A DNA stretch of 29,303 nucleotides from Halocafeteria seosinensis (Eukaryota): contig LVLI01000003.1 in NCBI GenBank assembly GCA_001687465.1, forward strand, positions 62,001 to 91,303, read 5' to 3'. Position 1 is the stretch's first letter. Every line of letters starts with the position of its first letter. The notes beneath the pieces are model-generated. The model was not told the origin of the DNA and made no database searches. It was given only the letters and a program-made list of their open reading frames with translations. A program made the translations under genes and the position numbers. Below are positions 26,544-29,303 of this stretch, one piece after another.

Positions 26544-29180
26544 TCAGGGCTTTCTCATCCCCCGAACGTTCAGGGCTCTCTCACTCGCAAGGATATCCCT
26601 AGGCTTAAACATTAAAAAGGGCTGGACTCCTGTAGGGATCCTCGCAACTCTCCTTTGGAGATCAGCCCAATCCGCGAAGGGCCTATCATTGACAATTCTG
26701 CTGGCTAACGTTTCGTCAATCCCATCCACATCTCTAAGACGCAATGCTGTATCCGAATTCACAAAGACCTTGCCATGAGGAAGAGTGGTAAAGACTCGGG
26801 AAGCAATCGAGCGTCCTAAATACTCTTCTAATCCTTCTGCACCCACTACCAAGCAATCCGGCGGAATATCGCCCTCAGTCACGTTGTTTCGGAGTGCAAA
26901 CACAACGAGAGTATTAGCAAAATCCGGTCTTGGCGAGGCGCGGTTCAGCGACACCTCGACTTTATCGACTTCTACGATTAGGTCATCCAACGTAAGAGCT
27001 TGTGTTTCTCGGTACTTCATTTGGCCGAACACTCTCAGCCAACGCTGCCCATTATTTCGTGTGACCCTTGTACTCCCAGTGTCCATGACGCGATCAAAAA
27101 AGCTGTCCGTAGGAGCACCTCCTGCATTCAGCCAAACTGTGCCTCGACATTCCTCATCCTCTGCTGCCTCTTTCTCATCTGAGTCCGCAACGTTCTTATC
27201 CGTCGGCATTCCATCCCGAATCTGGTGTTTGCATTCGTGGTACCTTACTAAAGGACTGAGGTAAACTTTTCGGTTCTTGGCGTCATCCGTACCTACACAG
27301 CCGCGAAACAAATTGCCTAGGCTGATCGAAGCGGCTTCTTGACTTTCGTTTGCATGGCTCTCACAGAGGAACATCTCACGCATGGCTTGGTATTTCGTCA
27401 TGAACACTTCAAAGCCCTGCCATGTCATTTTTTGGTGAGATATGGACTCCAAAATTTCGTCCAAGAGAATGTATTTTTGCTCCCGGCCGCTTTCCGCAAC
27501 TCTGTGTACGATGACCACTAGTAACGGATACGGCAGGTCCACGTAGAGACAACCGCTCTCGGAACGAATGATGATCTCTCCGCTTCTTTCGAGCTCACTG
27601 TATGTACTTCCTTCGGTGGGTATAACACGTGTGTTTCTGAGGATGGGCCGCCCCAACAAAGTGTCGGTAATAATCGTCTCGGCGATAGCGCCCGTAAGAC
27701 CCGACCTCTCGTGTATTTGTTTCTGTAGATTACGACGCAGACATCCGATTCGTTGCGAGTCCTCGAAGTCCCAAAGTTCATTACACCATCGAAAGAAATG
27801 TTCTGCAAGGCGTGGAATTCTACAGTACTCAAGGAACAATTCCACAAATTCCGATGTATACCAACCCTCGTCCCAACCCTTTTCTTCGGCATAATCGGAA
27901 ACGAGTTCGATGAGGTCAAGATCCTCAAGGAGCGTAACTGGTACGTCGTACGAAGGAACCTGGGATTCTTTCAGCACCTGCTGAAGAGGGTCCGGCAATG
28001 TAGCCGCAATAACAGGAAATATCAACAACTGGTCATTGTCCGGTGACCTTACTGCATCCACTAAAATCATAATGTACCTTCTCAGAAAGTCAGTGGCGTA
28101 CGTCGAATCCGTCTTCCTTGTCTCAATAAGAATATTGAGTTCATCCACTCCAACATATATAATACCAGGTGTAGCCTTGGAAGCGACATTCCCAGTCTTA
28201 ATGTTCATGATGGTTTCAATGAGGCGAAAAGCTGCAGGCAGAGTCCACCACCGAGTTCGCGTCCAAGCTTGTGACGAATATGTGTTAAAAAACGTTTCAA
28301 ATCTTTCAAACACTCGTTTTCGCGTGTCGTCCACTACCGCGAAAAACAAAATCCGTAGCGCGAGCACGTGTTCACACCAAGCGGGGTCATCACTTGCTTC
28401 GTGCGACAAGGGGCCGTGACCCTGATTATAAGTAATCACGACGGACGCAAACCAAGCGTATCTTCCTTGTCCTTGTTCGCATAATTTTCCTCCTTTGCTT
28501 ACAGCAGCACGCTGTCCTCTAACCTCTTCACTTTGCTTTCCCGAACCATCGTCGGAAAAACGTGACTGCTCCCGGCGGTCAGAATTTCCTGGTTGGGAAC
28601 CAAATCTATTTTGAGGGAAAACTGGATTATCTGCGAGGTTCAGTTGTTGAAATGGCAACTCGCTAACAATGTCTCCTTCCAACAACTTTCGACAATCGTC
28701 TGATTCTAACTCATAGTTTGACTTCTTATCATCGGATCCTGCAAATTTTCTCCCGGCAGCTTCTCCCTCAGATGGTCCTACATCTTGTTGATGTCCCTGT
28801 ACTGGCATGGACCCCGTCTCGATCAGTTGTTTCAACATCTCGACAAGTTGAACAAGCATTCTCGTTTTGCCAAGGCCGGGAGCGGCTCCGACGATCCCCA
28901 CAGGAAAATACTGTTTATTCTTTCCTTGTTCAAGCCTGTCGCGAATTCTTTCTCCAAATTGTTTACGAACAGTACGAATAGCTTCACGTCGCCCTACAAA
29001 CTTAAAAGGGGCGATGTATTTTTCAAATTGGGTCGAGAGGTCCACGGAAAGCTGTTGTCCGTCGTTTGCTTCCTTCAGCCACCCCAAACATTTATTCTCT
29101 AATTCTTGAACGCTGACTGCAGAGCACAAGATGAGACACTGTTTAAACAAAGAGTCGTACTGCTTTGGAGACACAACCAA
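26544..29180 (-). CDS. Crinkler/RHS (CR)-type protein: P-loop NTPase + restriction-endonuclease-like domain + C-terminal HhH; 5' exon probably upstream
   Basis: FVGRREAI, Walker A AAPGLGKTR, ITYNQG, LALRILF, Walker B IYVGVDE. REase-like WQGFE...NAGGAPTDSF...GQMK. ComEA-like VNSDTALRLRDVDGIDETLASRIVNDRPFADWADL. The ORF begins at TTG just after a CTAATAG acceptor-like site. Confidence 0.75.
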   Translation of the reverse strand: MVVSPKQYDSLFKQCLILCSAVSVQELENKCLGWLKEANDGQQLSVDLSTQFEKYIAPFKFVGRREAIRTVRKQFGERIRDRLEQGKNKQYFPVGIVGAAPGLGKTRMLVQLVEMLKQLIETGSMPVQGHQQDVGPSEGEAAGRKFAGSDDKKSNYELESDDCRKLLEGDIVSELPFQQLNLADNPVFPQNRFGSQPGNSDRREQSRFSDDGSGKQSEEVRGQRAAVSKGGKLCEQGQGRYAWFASVVITYNQGHGPLSHEASDDPAWCEHVLALRILFFAVVDDTRKRVFERFETFFNTYSSQAWTRTRWWTLPAAFRLIETIMNIKTGNVASKATPGIIYVGVDELNILIETRKTDSTYATDFLRRYIMILVDAVRSPDNDQLLIFPVIAATLPDPLQQVLKESQVPSYDVPVTLLEDLDLIELVSDYAEEKGWDEGWYTSEFVELFLEYCRIPRLAEHFFRWCNELWDFEDSQRIGCLRRNLQKQIHERSGLTGAIAETIITDTLLGRPILRNTRVIPTEGSTYSELERSGEIIIRSESGCLYVDLPYPLLVVIVHRVAESGREQKYILLDEILESISHQKMTWQGFEVFMTKYQAMREMFLCESHANESQEAASISLGNLFRGCVGTDDAKNRKVYLSPLVRYHECKHQIRDGMPTDKNVADSDEKEAAEDEECRGTVWLNAGGAPTDSFFDRVMDTGSTRVTRNNGQRWLRVFGQMKYRETQALTLDDLIVEVDKVEVSLNRASPRPDFANTLVVFALRNNVTEGDIPPDCLVVGAEGLEEYLGRSIASRVFTTLPHGKVFVNSDTALRLRDVDGIDETLASRIVNDRPFADWADLQRRVARIPTGVQPFLMFKPRDILASERALNVRGMRKP

Positions 29181-29303
29181 AGCTTGCTATTAGAACGCAG
29201 TCTTCCCACACAAATTGTGTCCCCTTTCAACTACCGATACAGTCTTCGGACACACACTGTGTGACGTACTTAAGAAACAAGGCCCTCAAAGCTCTACTTA
29301 GCC

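Noticed and set aside
26785..29109. Several + strand ORFs over the CR-type gene
   Set aside because: Antisense to the 878-aa motif-bearing ORF, with no independent support.

Overview
Eukaryotic (probably protist) genomic DNA. Moderate-GC host genes with short GT-AG introns flank a roughly 12 kb AT-rich, intron-free endogenous DNA virus of the Polinton/Polinton-like (Preplasmiviricota) type at about 8198-20360. The viral segment encodes the C-terminal part of an rve-type integrase with a chromodomain, an ankyrin+RING protein, a class-3 lipase, a double-jelly-roll major capsid protein, an A32-like packaging ATPase, a minor capsid (penton) protein, a VLTF3-like late transcription factor (a giant-virus hallmark gene) and a frameshifted LamG fibre-like gene. 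Its intergenic regions carry repeated hairpin cassettes whose stems are conserved while loops vary, and a TATATA motif precedes most starts. Its right end has a degenerate ~97-bp tandem repeat. The left part of the virus (integrase catalytic core, any replication genes) is missing. It is cut exactly at a decayed 1.87 kb pogo-like transposon (32-bp TIRs, flanking TA) that itself carries SAP and chromodomain coding sequence. Host-side features are a 3-exon mitochondrial phosphate carrier, three uncharacterised genes, a non-LTR retrotransposon endonuclease relic and a Crinkler-type NTPase-REase-HhH gene. All calls come from motif recognition by eye; no database searches were run.
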